Origin: Abditibacterium sp.
GTDB lineage: Bacteria > Armatimonadota > Abditibacteriia > Abditibacteriales > Abditibacteriaceae
Assembly (NCBI GenBank): GCA_965246885.1
Contig: OZ251992.1
Coordinates: forward strand, 1,728,001 to 1,792,000
DNA: 64,000 nucleotides
Reading direction: 5' to 3'
Each line of letters starts with the position of its first letter. Positions within the stretch are counted from its first letter, which is position 1. This document shows positions 49,211 to 58,753 of the stretch, piece by piece. The translations under genes and the position numbers were made by a program. Below the pieces are notes generated by a model. That model had not been told where the DNA came from, made no database searches, and saw only the letters and a list, made by a program, of their open reading frames with translations.

Positions 49211-49965
49211 CGAAACGCAACGACTGGAACGCGCAACTTTACAACGACAAGCATGCCTTCGTATGGCAAATGGGGGCGGGCGTCGTCGAACTTCTCGCGC
49301 CGCGCGAGGGCGAGCGCGTCCTCGATTTGGGCTGTGGCACGGGCGAACTGACCGCTCAGATAGCGGCATGCGGTGCTGATGTCGTCGGCTTGGACGCTTC
49401 GCCTGCGATGCTCCGCCAAGCCCGCGCGCGGTTCCCATCTATGGAGTGGCACGAGGGCGACGCGCGCGATTTTGACCTCGGCACCGACTTCGACGCCGTG
49501 TTTTCCAACGCGACGCTGCACTGGGTCTTCGATCACGGCGCCGTTGCGCGCAGGGTGTTCCGCGCCCTCAAACCGGGTGGGCGCTTTGTCGGGGAGTTCG
49601 GCGGGCGTGGCAACGTCGCGCGCTTGGAGTCGAGCCTTGTGCGCGCTGCCCGCGAGTTGGAGTTGCCACCTTACCAGCCGAGCAACACCTTTCCCACATT
49701 GCGCGAGTGGGCAGCCAGCCTCGAAAGCGGCCAATTGGAGCCGCAGTTTTTACAACTTTTTCCGCGCCCCACGCCTCTGGAAGGCGAGGATGGACTCAAG
49801 AACTGGTGGCGTCAATTCCGCGCGGCTTACTTGGACGCGCTTCCGCGCCGCGACCGCGATGCCGTGTTAGGGCGTGCCCACGACATCGCCGCGCCCTTCT
49901 TGCAAAGTGAGCGCGGCTTTTTTGCCGACTACGTGCGCTTGCGCTTCGTGGCCTTGAAGCGGTAG
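49207..49965 (+). CDS. SAM-dependent methyltransferase (Tam-like)
   Basis: VLDLGCGTG, FDAVFSNATLHW, DYVRLR. Confidence 0.88.
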   Translation: MTKRNDWNAQLYNDKHAFVWQMGAGVVELLAPREGERVLDLGCGTGELTAQIAACGADVVGLDASPAMLRQARARFPSMEWHEGDARDFDLGTDFDAVFSNATLHWVFDHGAVARRVFRALKPGGRFVGEFGGRGNVARLESSLVRAARELELPPYQPSNTFPTLREWAASLESGQLEPQFLQLFPRPTPLEGEDGLKNWWRQFRAAYLDALPRRDRDAVLGRAHDIAAPFLQSERGFFADYVRLRFVALKR

Positions 49966-49990
49966 GGCGGCGCCTCACACTAAAGGGTCA

Positions 49991-50923
49991 ATGGAAAAGC
50001 ATGGCATGGGCGCGCGGGAGTTGGTGCTGGAGCGCGGTCGGGTGCGCGAAGCGGCCAAGGTGTTCGCCGTCGAAACGCCGGTTCTGCGCGTTCACACCTT
50101 CCATTCCAGTTCCTTGTCGGCGCTCGTGGCGTCGCTTCCGGCGCTGGTGGCGCTCCGTGAGAGTTTCCCCGGCGCGCGCTTGTCGTGCTTTGCGCGCGCG
50201 GAACACGCGGCGCTTTTGCAGCACTTCCGGGCGATAGACGAAGCGACGGCGCGGCCATCGGGTGGGGTTCCGCGCCAAGCGGCGCTGATGGCGCGCTTGC
50301 ACGCGGGCGAGCCGGACTTGGCCATTTCGTTTTCGCAGGGCGCCAACGCGATGCTGCTCTTGTGGTCAACGCGCGCGCCGCGCCGGGCGGGGTTCGTGCC
50401 CTCGCACTTCGAGGCGTTTCTCACGCACCGCGTCCGCAAGCGCGGCCTCTTGTCCGCCCAGTCGGGGCTGGAGTTGGTCGAATCCGTCGGCGCTTTTCCG
50501 CGCGGAGGGCGGGCACGCGATTTCTTGGACGTGCCGCACGAGCGCTTTGAGGCGCTTCGCGCCCGCCTGCCGTTTCCGTTCGAGTCGTTCGTCTTGTTGC
50601 CTTTTGATGCGCCGCGCCGCTCGACGAATGAGCGCGCCGCGTGGGGCCGCGCCGTGTCGGAAATGCGCGCGTCGTGGCCCGTCGTCGTCGCGGGCGGACG
50701 GGCGGGGGAGTGGAAGGGCGCGCTGTCCGAAGACGCGCCTCATCCGTTGCATCACGCGGATGCGCCGGACGCCCTCGAACTGCTCGCGCTTATCCGCGCG
50801 GCCCGCGCCGTCGTCGGCCCCCCCAACGGCGCGACTGATTTAGCGCGATTGGACGGCAAAACGACCATCCGCGCCACGCCAGACATTGCCTATAAGGAGG
50901 CGCTGCTCGCGCTGGGCTTGTAA
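49991..50923 (+). CDS. Divergent glycosyltransferase family 9 (heptosyltransferase-like)
   Basis: LPALVALRESFPGA.L, DLAISF, LLALIRAARAVVG; adjacent to kdsB. Confidence 0.65.
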   Translation: MEKHGMGARELVLERGRVREAAKVFAVETPVLRVHTFHSSSLSALVASLPALVALRESFPGARLSCFARAEHAALLQHFRAIDEATARPSGGVPRQAALMARLHAGEPDLAISFSQGANAMLLLWSTRAPRRAGFVPSHFEAFLTHRVRKRGLLSAQSGLELVESVGAFPRGGRARDFLDVPHERFEALRARLPFPFESFVLLPFDAPRRSTNERAAWGRAVSEMRASWPVVVAGGRAGEWKGALSEDAPHPLHHADAPDALELLALIRAARAVVGPPNGATDLARLDGKTTIRATPDIAYKEALLALGL

Positions 50924-50931
50924 CTAATGCT

Positions 50932-51705
50932 ATGACCGACGCCCACATCCTCATCCCCGCGCGCTATGCTTCGACGCGCTTCCCCGGCAAGCCGCTCGCC
51001 GACCTCGGCGGCCAAACCGTCCTCGCCCGCGTCGTGCGTGCCGCCCTCCGTAGCCGCGCCGCGTGGCCCGTTTATGTGGCGACCGACGACGCGCGCATCG
51101 CCGCCGAAGTCGCGGCGCACTTCTCGCCCGACGCAGCCCGCACCGTGATGACTTCGCCCGACTGCCACACCGGAACCGACCGCTTGGCCGAAGCGGTTCG
51201 CGCGCTTGCATTGCCGCGCGCCGGGCGGCAAATCATCGTCAACGTCCAAGGCGACGAGCCGTTTCTCGACCCGCGCCATGTGGACGTGCTGCTTGACTTG
51301 ATGGGCGCGCAACCCGACCTGCGCATGGCCACCCTCGCCACGCCGCTTTCCGACGCGGCGCAGTTCCACGACTCCAACGTCGTCAAAGTCGTAGTGTCGG
51401 GGCACCGCGCCTTGTATTTCTCGCGCGCGCCCATCCCCCACGACCGCGATGGAAGCGCACGCGCCCTTCCGCTTCGCCACTTGGGAATCTATGCTTACGA
51501 GGCGAATTGGCTCTTGGAAATGGCGGCGCTCCCGCCCTCGGCGCTCGAAGAAGTCGAACGCTTGGAGCAACTGCGCGCCCTCGAAGCGGGCATCGCCATC
51601 GGCGTGGCCGTCGTTGGGGATGTCGTGCCGATTGCCATAGACACGCCGGAAGACTTGGCGCGGGCGCAGGCGTTCTTGGCAGGCGCCGCGTCGTCGGAGG
51701 TTTAA
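50932..51705 (+). CDS. kdsB: 3-deoxy-manno-octulosonate cytidylyltransferase
   Basis: IPARYASTRFPGKPL, VATDD, GTDR, VNVQGDEP, ALYFSRAPIP, HLGIYAY, LEQLRALE. Confidence 0.96.
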   Translation: MTDAHILIPARYASTRFPGKPLADLGGQTVLARVVRAALRSRAAWPVYVATDDARIAAEVAAHFSPDAARTVMTSPDCHTGTDRLAEAVRALALPRAGRQIIVNVQGDEPFLDPRHVDVLLDLMGAQPDLRMATLATPLSDAAQFHDSNVVKVVVSGHRALYFSRAPIPHDRDGSARALPLRHLGIYAYEANWLLEMAALPPSALEEVERLEQLRALEAGIAIGVAVVGDVVPIAIDTPEDLARAQAFLAGAASSEV

Positions 51706-51716
51706 ACTTGTCTCCT

Positions 51717-52946
51717 ATGCAACACCACAAGCACTCCCTTCCCAACGGCCTTGCCATCGTTGGCGAACACAACCCCGACGCGCGCTCTTTGGCGATGGGC
51801 TTCTTCGTCCAAACCGGCGCGCGCGACGAAAGCGACGAAGTGTCGGGCGTTTCCCACTTCCTCGAACACATGATGTTCAAAGGTACTGCCCAACGCTCCG
51901 CCGAAGAAGTCAACCGCCACTTCGACGAAATGGGCGCCCGCTACAACGCCTTCACGAGCGAGGAAGAGACGGTCTACTACGGCGCCGTCTTGCCCGAATT
52001 TCAGGACAAACTGCTCGACCTGCTCGCCGACATGATGCGCCCCGCTCTACGCGACTCCGACTTCGACATGGAGAAGAACGTCATTTTGGAGGAGATTGCC
52101 ATGTATCAAGACCGCCCGACGTTTCGCGTCTTCGACTTGGGCCGCGAGTCGTATTTCTCCGGGCACGCGCTGGGCAACTCCGTGTTGGGGTCGGCGCAGT
52201 CCATCGCCGCCTTGGAGCGCGACCAGATGCAGGAGTATTTCGGGCGCCGCTACGCCGCCAATAACCTGACTCTTGTGATGGTCGGCAACTACAACTGGGA
52301 GGAAGCCGTCGCCGGGGCGGAGCGGTTGTGCGGGAGTTGGAACACCGCCGAGTCTCCCCGCGAGCACGCCGCTTTCGCCGCGCAACCCAAGGTCGTCGTG
52401 GATAAAACCGACAAGTTCAACCGCGCCCACATCGCCCTCTTCGCGCCCGGATTCGCCGCGCAAGACCCGCAACGCATGGCCGCTTCGGTCGCGTGCGAGG
52501 TCATCGGCGCGGGGCAAGGCTCGCGCTTGTACTGGGCGCTTGTCCACAACGGCCTCGCGGAAGCGGCGCAGTTGGGCCACGACGCCAACGACGGCGAAGG
52601 CGCCTTTTACGGCTATTTGCTCGTTGACCCCGCGCGCGCGCAAGAAGCCCTCAACGCTTTCCGCGCCACCCTCAACACGGCCTGCGCCGACGGTTTGTCG
52701 GTCGAAGAAGTCGAGCGCGCCAAGCGCCGCTTCGCTTCTTCCATGACGCTTTCCGCCGAAACGCCAATGGGACGCCTGCGCCCCGTCGGAATGGACTGGA
52801 TGCTGCGCCGCCAACAGCGCGCGCCCGAAGACGCCCTGCGCGAACTGCTCGCCGTCACCCCCGAAGAAGTCAACGCCATCCTCCATACCATGCCCTTCGA
52901 GTTGGCAACCGTCGCCGCTTTGGGGCCGGTGGCGGAGTTGGTTTAA
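51717..52946 (+). CDS. M16 family zinc peptidase
   Basis: HFLEHMMFKGT (HxxEH), NAFTS.E.T. Confidence 0.92.
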   Translation: MQHHKHSLPNGLAIVGEHNPDARSLAMGFFVQTGARDESDEVSGVSHFLEHMMFKGTAQRSAEEVNRHFDEMGARYNAFTSEEETVYYGAVLPEFQDKLLDLLADMMRPALRDSDFDMEKNVILEEIAMYQDRPTFRVFDLGRESYFSGHALGNSVLGSAQSIAALERDQMQEYFGRRYAANNLTLVMVGNYNWEEAVAGAERLCGSWNTAESPREHAAFAAQPKVVVDKTDKFNRAHIALFAPGFAAQDPQRMAASVACEVIGAGQGSRLYWALVHNGLAEAAQLGHDANDGEGAFYGYLLVDPARAQEALNAFRATLNTACADGLSVEEVERAKRRFASSMTLSAETPMGRLRPVGMDWMLRRQQRAPEDALRELLAVTPEEVNAILHTMPFELATVAALGPVAELV

Positions 52947-52966
52947 GCAGAGAAAACGAGGAAATC

Positions 52967-53194
52967 ATGTCCATCACCATCGAAAACCCGACCGCCGAAA
53001 CGATTCTCGCCGCGCTGCGCGATGTCCCCGCCGGAGAAGTCGAGCGTTTGCGCACCCTTCTCAATGCCCGCTCCATCATGGACGACCCGACTTACAGCAG
53101 CAGTTGGAGCGAGGAGGACTTCCGCGACCTCGACCGCTACACCGCGCGCCTGATAGACGAACGCTTCGGCCCGGAGGAAGCCAACTATGATTGA
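52967..53194 (+). CDS. Small acidic protein, probable antitoxin
   Basis: GAGG RBS; 75 aa; YSSSWSEED..D motif; overlaps a downstream toxin-like remnant. Confidence 0.6.
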   Translation: MSITIENPTAETILAALRDVPAGEVERLRTLLNARSIMDDPTYSSSWSEEDFRDLDRYTARLIDERFGPEEANYD

Positions 53195-53300
53195 ACAGGA
53201 TGAAGCGACCATCATCGGGCGTCTCTCCGATGCCGATTGGGGCGAGGTGCAGGAGCGGCTCAGGCGCGCGTTGGCCATTTGGCCTGCGCCCGTTGTCTAA
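53187..53300 (+). pseudogene. Remnant resembling a PemK/MazF toxin C-terminus
   Basis: MIEQDEATIIGRLSDADWGEVQERLRRALAIWPAPVV*; 37 aa, start overlaps end of upstream gene. Confidence 0.5.
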
Positions 53301-54196
53301 ATCCCCCGCCCCCAGTTCCAGCCGATATCGAGCAACAGGGCGGCGTTCCAGCCCATGAAGAACAGGCTCGCGGCCCACGCCGGATACGGCTTGTCGCGCC
53401 ACAGAAAGATAGCATCAACCGCAAAGCCGAGCGCGCCCAGCAACAAAAGCGGCGGCAAATACGGCTTGGAATGGAGCGACAACGCGAGCGCGCTTTCCGC
53501 CAACATCAGCGCGACGATAATCCCCTTGGTTGGCAGGGCGCCCAGCGCGACGGCGGTGGTGGTGCGGTGGGCGCGCGCGTCCGGGGCGATGTCGAGTATC
53601 TGCCCGAATCCGTGCGAGTGCATGGCGAACAACGCGCCGAAAACATACAACTGCCAAGGTGATACCGCGCCGCGTCCCCAGTCGGCGAGCACGAACACGA
53701 GCAAGTAGCCGATCTGCGACGCCATATCCAACAAGGGCCGGTCTTTGGTGCGGAGCGGCGGGAAGTTGTAGATGGCCGTTGCGCCCAACACCGCCGCGAA
53801 CCATACGACGGCTTTCGGGCCAAGCAGCGCCCAAAACGCCAGCAGAAACGGCACTTGCACGAGCGTGATAATCCAAGGCAAGCGCCGAATCTGCGCCGCC
53901 GTCGGCCTTGCACCGAAGAGGAACGAGTCTTTGCGCGGATTCAGCGCGTCGGTCGCGGTGTCGGTCAGGTCGTTGGCGGCGTAGATGGCCATGCCGAGCG
54001 GAAACCCGACATACAGCAGCCCCAACCACAACGCGCCGTCGAAGCGTGCCCGTCCTTCGCCCAACGGCAGCAAAAAGAACCACACCGACGTGAGCCAAAA
54101 GCCGGGCCGCGCGGCTTTGACCCAAAACAAAAGCTCGCGCCCGACGTGCAGCAGGGACAATGGGCGCGCAGTTCGGGCGAGGGGGTGGGCTTTCAT
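53297..54196 (-). CDS. UbiA-family prenyltransferase
   Basis: ARP.FW, NDLTD...D..NPRK, Y..PPLR.K.RP.LD, I.DI.PD. Confidence 0.85.
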   Translation of the reverse strand: MKAHPLARTARPLSLLHVGRELLFWVKAARPGFWLTSVWFFLLPLGEGRARFDGALWLGLLYVGFPLGMAIYAANDLTDTATDALNPRKDSFLFGARPTAAQIRRLPWIITLVQVPFLLAFWALLGPKAVVWFAAVLGATAIYNFPPLRTKDRPLLDMASQIGYLLVFVLADWGRGAVSPWQLYVFGALFAMHSHGFGQILDIAPDARAHRTTTAVALGALPTKGIIVALMLAESALALSLHSKPYLPPLLLLGALGFAVDAIFLWRDKPYPAWAASLFFMGWNAALLLDIGWNWGRGI

Positions 54197-54272
54197 CGCT
54201 CTCTCCTCCAGATGCCACGCGGTTTACCCTTTCCGCGCGCCGAAAGAAAGCGGCTTTTGGACATCGCTGTGC

Positions 54273-55067
54273 CTACGCCCCGACGCGCCGCTCGCGGACT
54301 TGGAACTCGTGGATGGCGCGGCGCAGTTCTTTCGGCGCGAACTCTGGCCACAGCGTGTTGGTAATCCAAAGCTCCGCGTAGGCAATTTGCCAAGGCAGGA
54401 AGTTGGAAATGCGCATTTCGCCGCCGGTGCGAATCATCAGGTCGGGTTCGGGCAAATCGCCGGTGTAAAGCGCGCGCGAAATCGCTTCCTCGGTCACTTC
54501 CTCGATGCGCAGCAACCCCTCTTGCACGCGCGCGATAAGGTTCTTGAAAGCGTCCGCGATTTCCGCGCGCCCGCCGTAGTTGAGCGCGAGGTTGAGCACC
54601 AATCCGGTGTTGTGGAGGGTCGTCGTCGTGCACTCGTCCAGTTGGCGCAACAGGTATTCCGGCAATCCTTCCCTGCGCCCGATGTGGCGAATCTGCACGT
54701 TGTTGCGTTGCATGCGCGGCAGTTGGTCTTTGAGTTGGTGGGTGATCAGCCGCATCAAACCGGAGACTTCGGCGTGCGAGCGCTTCCAGTTTTCGGTCGA
54801 GAAGGTGTAAAGCGTCAAGGCGCGCAAGCGCAAATCCACGCACTCTTGGATGATGTTTTGGGTGGTGTTGGCGCCGATGGTGTGGCCGCGAATCGCCAGC
54901 CAGCCCTGCTGCTTCGCCCAGCGCCGGTTGCCGTCCATAATGATGGCGATGTGCTGCGGCAGATGCGCTAAATCGAGTTCGGGGTCGCCTTCGCCGTGAG
55001 GATCGGCGTGGCCGTTGGGGTGAGCAAAGGAGTCGGTTTTCACGGCAGTAGGGGAACGCAAGAACAT
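54273..55067 (-). CDS. uppS: Undecaprenyl diphosphate synthase
   Basis: HIAIIMDGNRRWA, FSTENWKRS, NYGGR.EI, PDLMIRTGGEMRISNFL.WQ. Confidence 0.96.
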   Translation of the reverse strand: MFLRSPTAVKTDSFAHPNGHADPHGEGDPELDLAHLPQHIAIIMDGNRRWAKQQGWLAIRGHTIGANTTQNIIQECVDLRLRALTLYTFSTENWKRSHAEVSGLMRLITHQLKDQLPRMQRNNVQIRHIGRREGLPEYLLRQLDECTTTTLHNTGLVLNLALNYGGRAEIADAFKNLIARVQEGLLRIEEVTEEAISRALYTGDLPEPDLMIRTGGEMRISNFLPWQIAYAELWITNTLWPEFAPKELRRAIHEFQVRERRVGA

Positions 55068-55087
55068 CAGAAGCAACGACCCCCAGT

Positions 55088-55330
55088 TTAGCCGGACGCG
55101 CGCGGCTTTTCCGCCCTCGCCTCGCCCACCAATTCGTTGCCCACCAATAACTCGACTTTTCCCGCCCCCACTTCGCGCGCGCGCAAGACGCGCTCGCCGC
55201 CCCAATGCGGCGTGTAGCCGCGCGGAAAGAACGGCGGCGCGCTGGAAACGACGCGCGCGGAAATCCCCTGCGCGCGCAACTCTTCCAGCGCGGTTTCAAC
55301 GGGAAGCGCAAGTAACGAGGCGAAGTTCAT
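55088..55330 (-). CDS. Small hypothetical protein between frr and uppS
   Basis: 80-aa ORF exactly filling the gap, co-oriented. Confidence 0.65.
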   Translation of the reverse strand: MNFASLLALPVETALEELRAQGISARVVSSAPPFFPRGYTPHWGGERVLRAREVGAGKVELLVGNELVGEARAEKPRASG

Positions 55331-55345
55331 GGCGCGAGCGCAGCC

Positions 55346-55903
55346 CTACACCTCCATGATCTCGGCTTCTTTGGCTTTGCCGATTTTCTCGACTTCGGCG
55401 ATCATCTTGTCGGTCGTCTTTTGCACGTCGGCCTTAAAGCGCGCGAGGTCGTCCTTGGAAATCTCGCCGTCTTTTTCCATCCGTTCCAAATCTTTGTTGG
55501 CGTCTTGGCGGATGTTGCGGACGGCGATTTTGTGCGCTTCGACCTTTTTGCTCGCTTGCTTGACCATGTCCTTGCGGCGCTCCGTCGTGAGCAGGGGAAC
55601 CGATACGCGCACCGATTTACCGTCGGCCACAGCCGTGACGCCCAAGTCCGTTTTGGAAATGGCGTTGGCGATGGCGCCGACGACGCCCGCATCGTAGGGC
55701 GTAATGAGCAACAAGCGCGCGTCGGGCACGGTGATTTGGCCCATTGTCTTGAGCGGCGTCGGGGTGCCGTAATACTCGACCATCACTTTGTCGAGCAGGG
55801 CAGGCGTCGCGCGTCCGGTGCGCAGGGTGGACAAGTCGGAGTGAAGGTCTTCTACCGCGCGCTGCATGCGCGCTTGGGCTTCGGAGGCAATGGTTTGTGG
55901 CAT
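55346..55903 (-). CDS. frr: Ribosome recycling factor
   Basis: LRTGRA.P.LLD.V.VEYYG, P.LT.ERRK, VRNIRQD. Confidence 0.96.
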   Translation of the reverse strand: MPQTIASEAQARMQRAVEDLHSDLSTLRTGRATPALLDKVMVEYYGTPTPLKTMGQITVPDARLLLITPYDAGVVGAIANAISKTDLGVTAVADGKSVRVSVPLLTTERRKDMVKQASKKVEAHKIAVRNIRQDANKDLERMEKDGEISKDDLARFKADVQKTTDKMIAEVEKIGKAKEAEIMEV

Positions 55904-56038
55904 GGGAACTCGCTTCGAGAGCTTAAAAGGTTAACAAAGCCTCTCCACCGCGACACACTCAGAGTGCGGGGAAGCCTTCGTGGGCGAATTGGCTAATACT
56001 ACAAAGCATGCGAGTCCGTTGGCGCCGATAGACAAGCT

Positions 56039-57079
56039 ATGAAGATTTTCATTGCAACCGTGAGAGACGAAAGCTGGAGCCGCGAGATGATCGAGCGTTT
56101 TCACTCGCTGGCGGCGCGTGACCGTTTTGGGGTTCATGCCCTCGTTCCCGACGCCGAAAGTGCCGACATCATTTTATTCGTGGACTTACATCAATTCCAC
56201 TTGGATTGGCAGTTGAAGCAGCTACGCCGCCACCCGCTCGTCCAGCGCTTTGGCACCAAAATCATGGTCTACGACGAGCGCGACCGGCCTTTCTGCATTT
56301 TTCCCGGTCTCTACGTGAGCATGCCTAAGACCTACTTCGATGTTTCGCGGCAAAGGGCGTGCTCGTATTCCTACCTCAAGAACGAGTTGGTGCAACCCGT
56401 CGCTTCCGAGCCTGACCTCCTCTTTTCTTTTCAGGGCGCCAGCACGCACTCCTCGCGACGCACGATTTTCACTTTGTCCCACCCCCGCGCCGTCATCGAA
56501 AACACGAGTGCTGTCAACTTCTTTGAGGGGCCGGAGATGGCGGCCAACGAAGAATACCAGACCCGCGTCAGGCTGCAAAAGGAGCGCTACAAAGAAATCG
56601 TGGCGCGCTCGAAATTCGTGCTGTGCCCGCGCGGTTGGGGCGTGTCGTCGTTTCGTTTGTTTGAAACCCTCGCCGCCGGGCGGGTGCCGGTCATCGTTTC
56701 CGACGAGTGGGTCGCGCCGCGCGGCCCGGATTGGGACGCATGCTCGGTTCGCATCCAAGAAAGCGATGTCCTGAACTTGGCCCGCATCCTCGAAGCGCGC
56801 GAAGCGCAGTGGCCCGTCATGGCGCAAAACGCGGCGGACACTTTCCGCGCTTGGTTCGCCGCCGATGTTTTGTTTCATCGCATGATGGACGACTGCCAAG
56901 ACCTGCTTCAGCACGCTCCATTGGGGCCGCGCAGCTTGTCGGTCATCGGCGGCGGCTACCGGGCGAGCGGTTGGCTCAGTTGTTTCGAGGAGCGCACGCG
57001 GGGGCAACTCAGCGCACGGCGCCATGAACTCAAAGAAAAGCTCAAGCGGCGCTCAAGCGGCTCGGCGCAGGCCAACTGA
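56039..57079 (+). CDS. Exostosin-family (GT47-like) protein
   Basis: LFSFQG, SKFVLCPRG.G.SSFRLFE.LAAG.VPVIVSD. Confidence 0.85.
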   Translation: MKIFIATVRDESWSREMIERFHSLAARDRFGVHALVPDAESADIILFVDLHQFHLDWQLKQLRRHPLVQRFGTKIMVYDERDRPFCIFPGLYVSMPKTYFDVSRQRACSYSYLKNELVQPVASEPDLLFSFQGASTHSSRRTIFTLSHPRAVIENTSAVNFFEGPEMAANEEYQTRVRLQKERYKEIVARSKFVLCPRGWGVSSFRLFETLAAGRVPVIVSDEWVAPRGPDWDACSVRIQESDVLNLARILEAREAQWPVMAQNAADTFRAWFAADVLFHRMMDDCQDLLQHAPLGPRSLSVIGGGYRASGWLSCFEERTRGQLSARRHELKEKLKRRSSGSAQAN

Positions 57080-57122
57080 AAACGGCGCCGGAAGCGGGGC
57101 GGGTTCCTAAACTGGCGCCCCG

Positions 57123-58301
57123 ATGAGAATCGCTTTGTTTGCCAGCGCCTTTCACCCCAGTTTGGGCGGCGTCGAAGAGTTGGTGCGCCAACTCGCGCAC
57201 GCGTTGAAGCGGGGCGGACACGACGCTTTCGTCGTTACCGAACGCTGGCCGCGCATCCTTCCTGCTTTTGAAGAATACGAAGGGTTGCACCTCTACCGTT
57301 TTCCTTTTCGCACCCTCGCGGGCGGCTCTCCCCTCAACGTCGCGCGCTCTGCCGCGTCTTTGGCGCTGACTGGCGCGTCCATTCGCCGCGAAGTCGCCGC
57401 CACTCTTGCCAAAGAGCGCGCCGATGTGGTGCATGTTCAATGCGTCAGTAACAATGCCCGCTACGCGCAAGGCGCCGCCAAAACTTTGGGGTTGCCTTTG
57501 GTTGTCACCCTGCAAGGCGAACTGACAATGGACGCCACGCAGCTTTACCAAAGGAGCGAAGCCGCGCGCCAACTGATGCGAAACGCCCTGCGCGGCGCCG
57601 ATTTTATCACCGGTTGTTCGGGCCAAACCGTCCGCGAAGCCGAAGAGTTTCTGGGCGAGCCGTTTGGCAGTCGCGGGCAAGTCGTGTTCAACGGCATCCG
57701 TTTGTCCGACTTCGAGGGCGTCGCGCCGTATCCGCACCCGCGCCCGTATATCCTCGGCATCGGGCGTCATGTCCCGCAAAAAGGCTTCGATGTTCTGCTC
57801 CGCGCCTTCGCGCGTTTGGTCGGGGAAGGCGATGCCACGACCGATTTGCTGCTGGCGGGCGACGGCGCCAATCACGAAGAACTCAAAGCCCTCAGCGCCT
57901 CGTTGGGATTGGATGGTCGCGCGCATTTCGTCGGGCGCGTTGACCGCGCTAAGGCGGTTTCCCTCTTCAATGGCAGCGCGTTTTTCGTGCTCCCGTCGCG
58001 CCATGAGCCGATGGGCATCGTGAACTTGGAAGCGATGGCGGCGGGCAAAGCCGTCGTCGCCAGTCGCGTGGGCGGCGTCCCGGAACTCGTGACCGACGGG
58101 CAAAACGGCTTGCTGGTCGAACCCGACAACGTCGCGGCGCTCCATTTGGCCTTGCAAACCCTCGTGCGCAACCCAACCGAAGCCGCGCGTTTGGGAGCCA
58201 ACGGCGCGCAAAGCGTGCGCGCCTTCGATTGGGACGCCATCGCCGCCCAATATCTCGACGTGTACAACCGCGCCAAGGCGACGCACACCGCGCGCCGTTA
58301 G
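57123..58301 (+). CDS. Glycosyltransferase family 4
   Basis: GGVE, GR..PQKGFD.L, EPMGIVNLEAMAAG. Confidence 0.92.
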   Translation: MRIALFASAFHPSLGGVEELVRQLAHALKRGGHDAFVVTERWPRILPAFEEYEGLHLYRFPFRTLAGGSPLNVARSAASLALTGASIRREVAATLAKERADVVHVQCVSNNARYAQGAAKTLGLPLVVTLQGELTMDATQLYQRSEAARQLMRNALRGADFITGCSGQTVREAEEFLGEPFGSRGQVVFNGIRLSDFEGVAPYPHPRPYILGIGRHVPQKGFDVLLRAFARLVGEGDATTDLLLAGDGANHEELKALSASLGLDGRAHFVGRVDRAKAVSLFNGSAFFVLPSRHEPMGIVNLEAMAAGKAVVASRVGGVPELVTDGQNGLLVEPDNVAALHLALQTLVRNPTEAARLGANGAQSVRAFDWDAIAAQYLDVYNRAKATHTARR

Positions 58302-58320
58302 CCGGTGGGAGCGCATCCCG

Positions 58321-58460
58321 CGACGGCCAAGCGTTGTCGCGTGACGGCCAAGCGTTGTCGCGTGACGGCGGAGCGTTGTCGCGTGACGGCGGAGCGTTGT
58401 CGCGTGACGGCGGAGCGTTGTCGCGTGACGGCGGAGCGTTGTCGCGTGACGGCGGAGTTG
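58321..58460. repeat. Near-perfect 21-bp tandem array (6 units plus partial)
   Basis: (c/t)gacggccaagcgttgtcgcg x2, tgacggcggagcgttgtcgcg x4. Confidence 0.95.
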
Positions 58461-58480
58461 TAGGGCTGGCCTTTCGCTGT

Positions 58481-58753
58481 GTTGAGCACGCGTCTCGCAT
58501 AATTCAGCGTGCTTCTCCCCCTATTTAGCTGGCCTTTCGTGCGATACAGCATGGCCTTCACGGTGTTCGGAGCGGCGGCGGAAGCTCTCATCGCGTCGGC
58601 GGGGGTCTGTAGCGCGTCGGCGGCCCTTTGTTTCTTGCCCCTCGCATCATTTAGCACGCCCCTCGCATCGTTTAGCATGACTTTCGCCCTGCTTAGCTTG
58701 CCCCTCGCGCAATTTAGCATGACTTCCGGGGTGCTTAGCTTGACGGTGGAGGT
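58481..58753. repeat. Degenerate 21-bp tandem array (~13 units)
   Basis: atttagcacgcccctcgcatc, gtttagcatgactttcgccct, gcttagcttgcccctcgcgca, atttagcatgacttccggggt and others. Confidence 0.8.

Noticed and set aside
58321..58460. Possible CRISPR array near a CARF-like gene
   Set aside because: Units are head-to-tail with no unique spacers, and no cas genes are present
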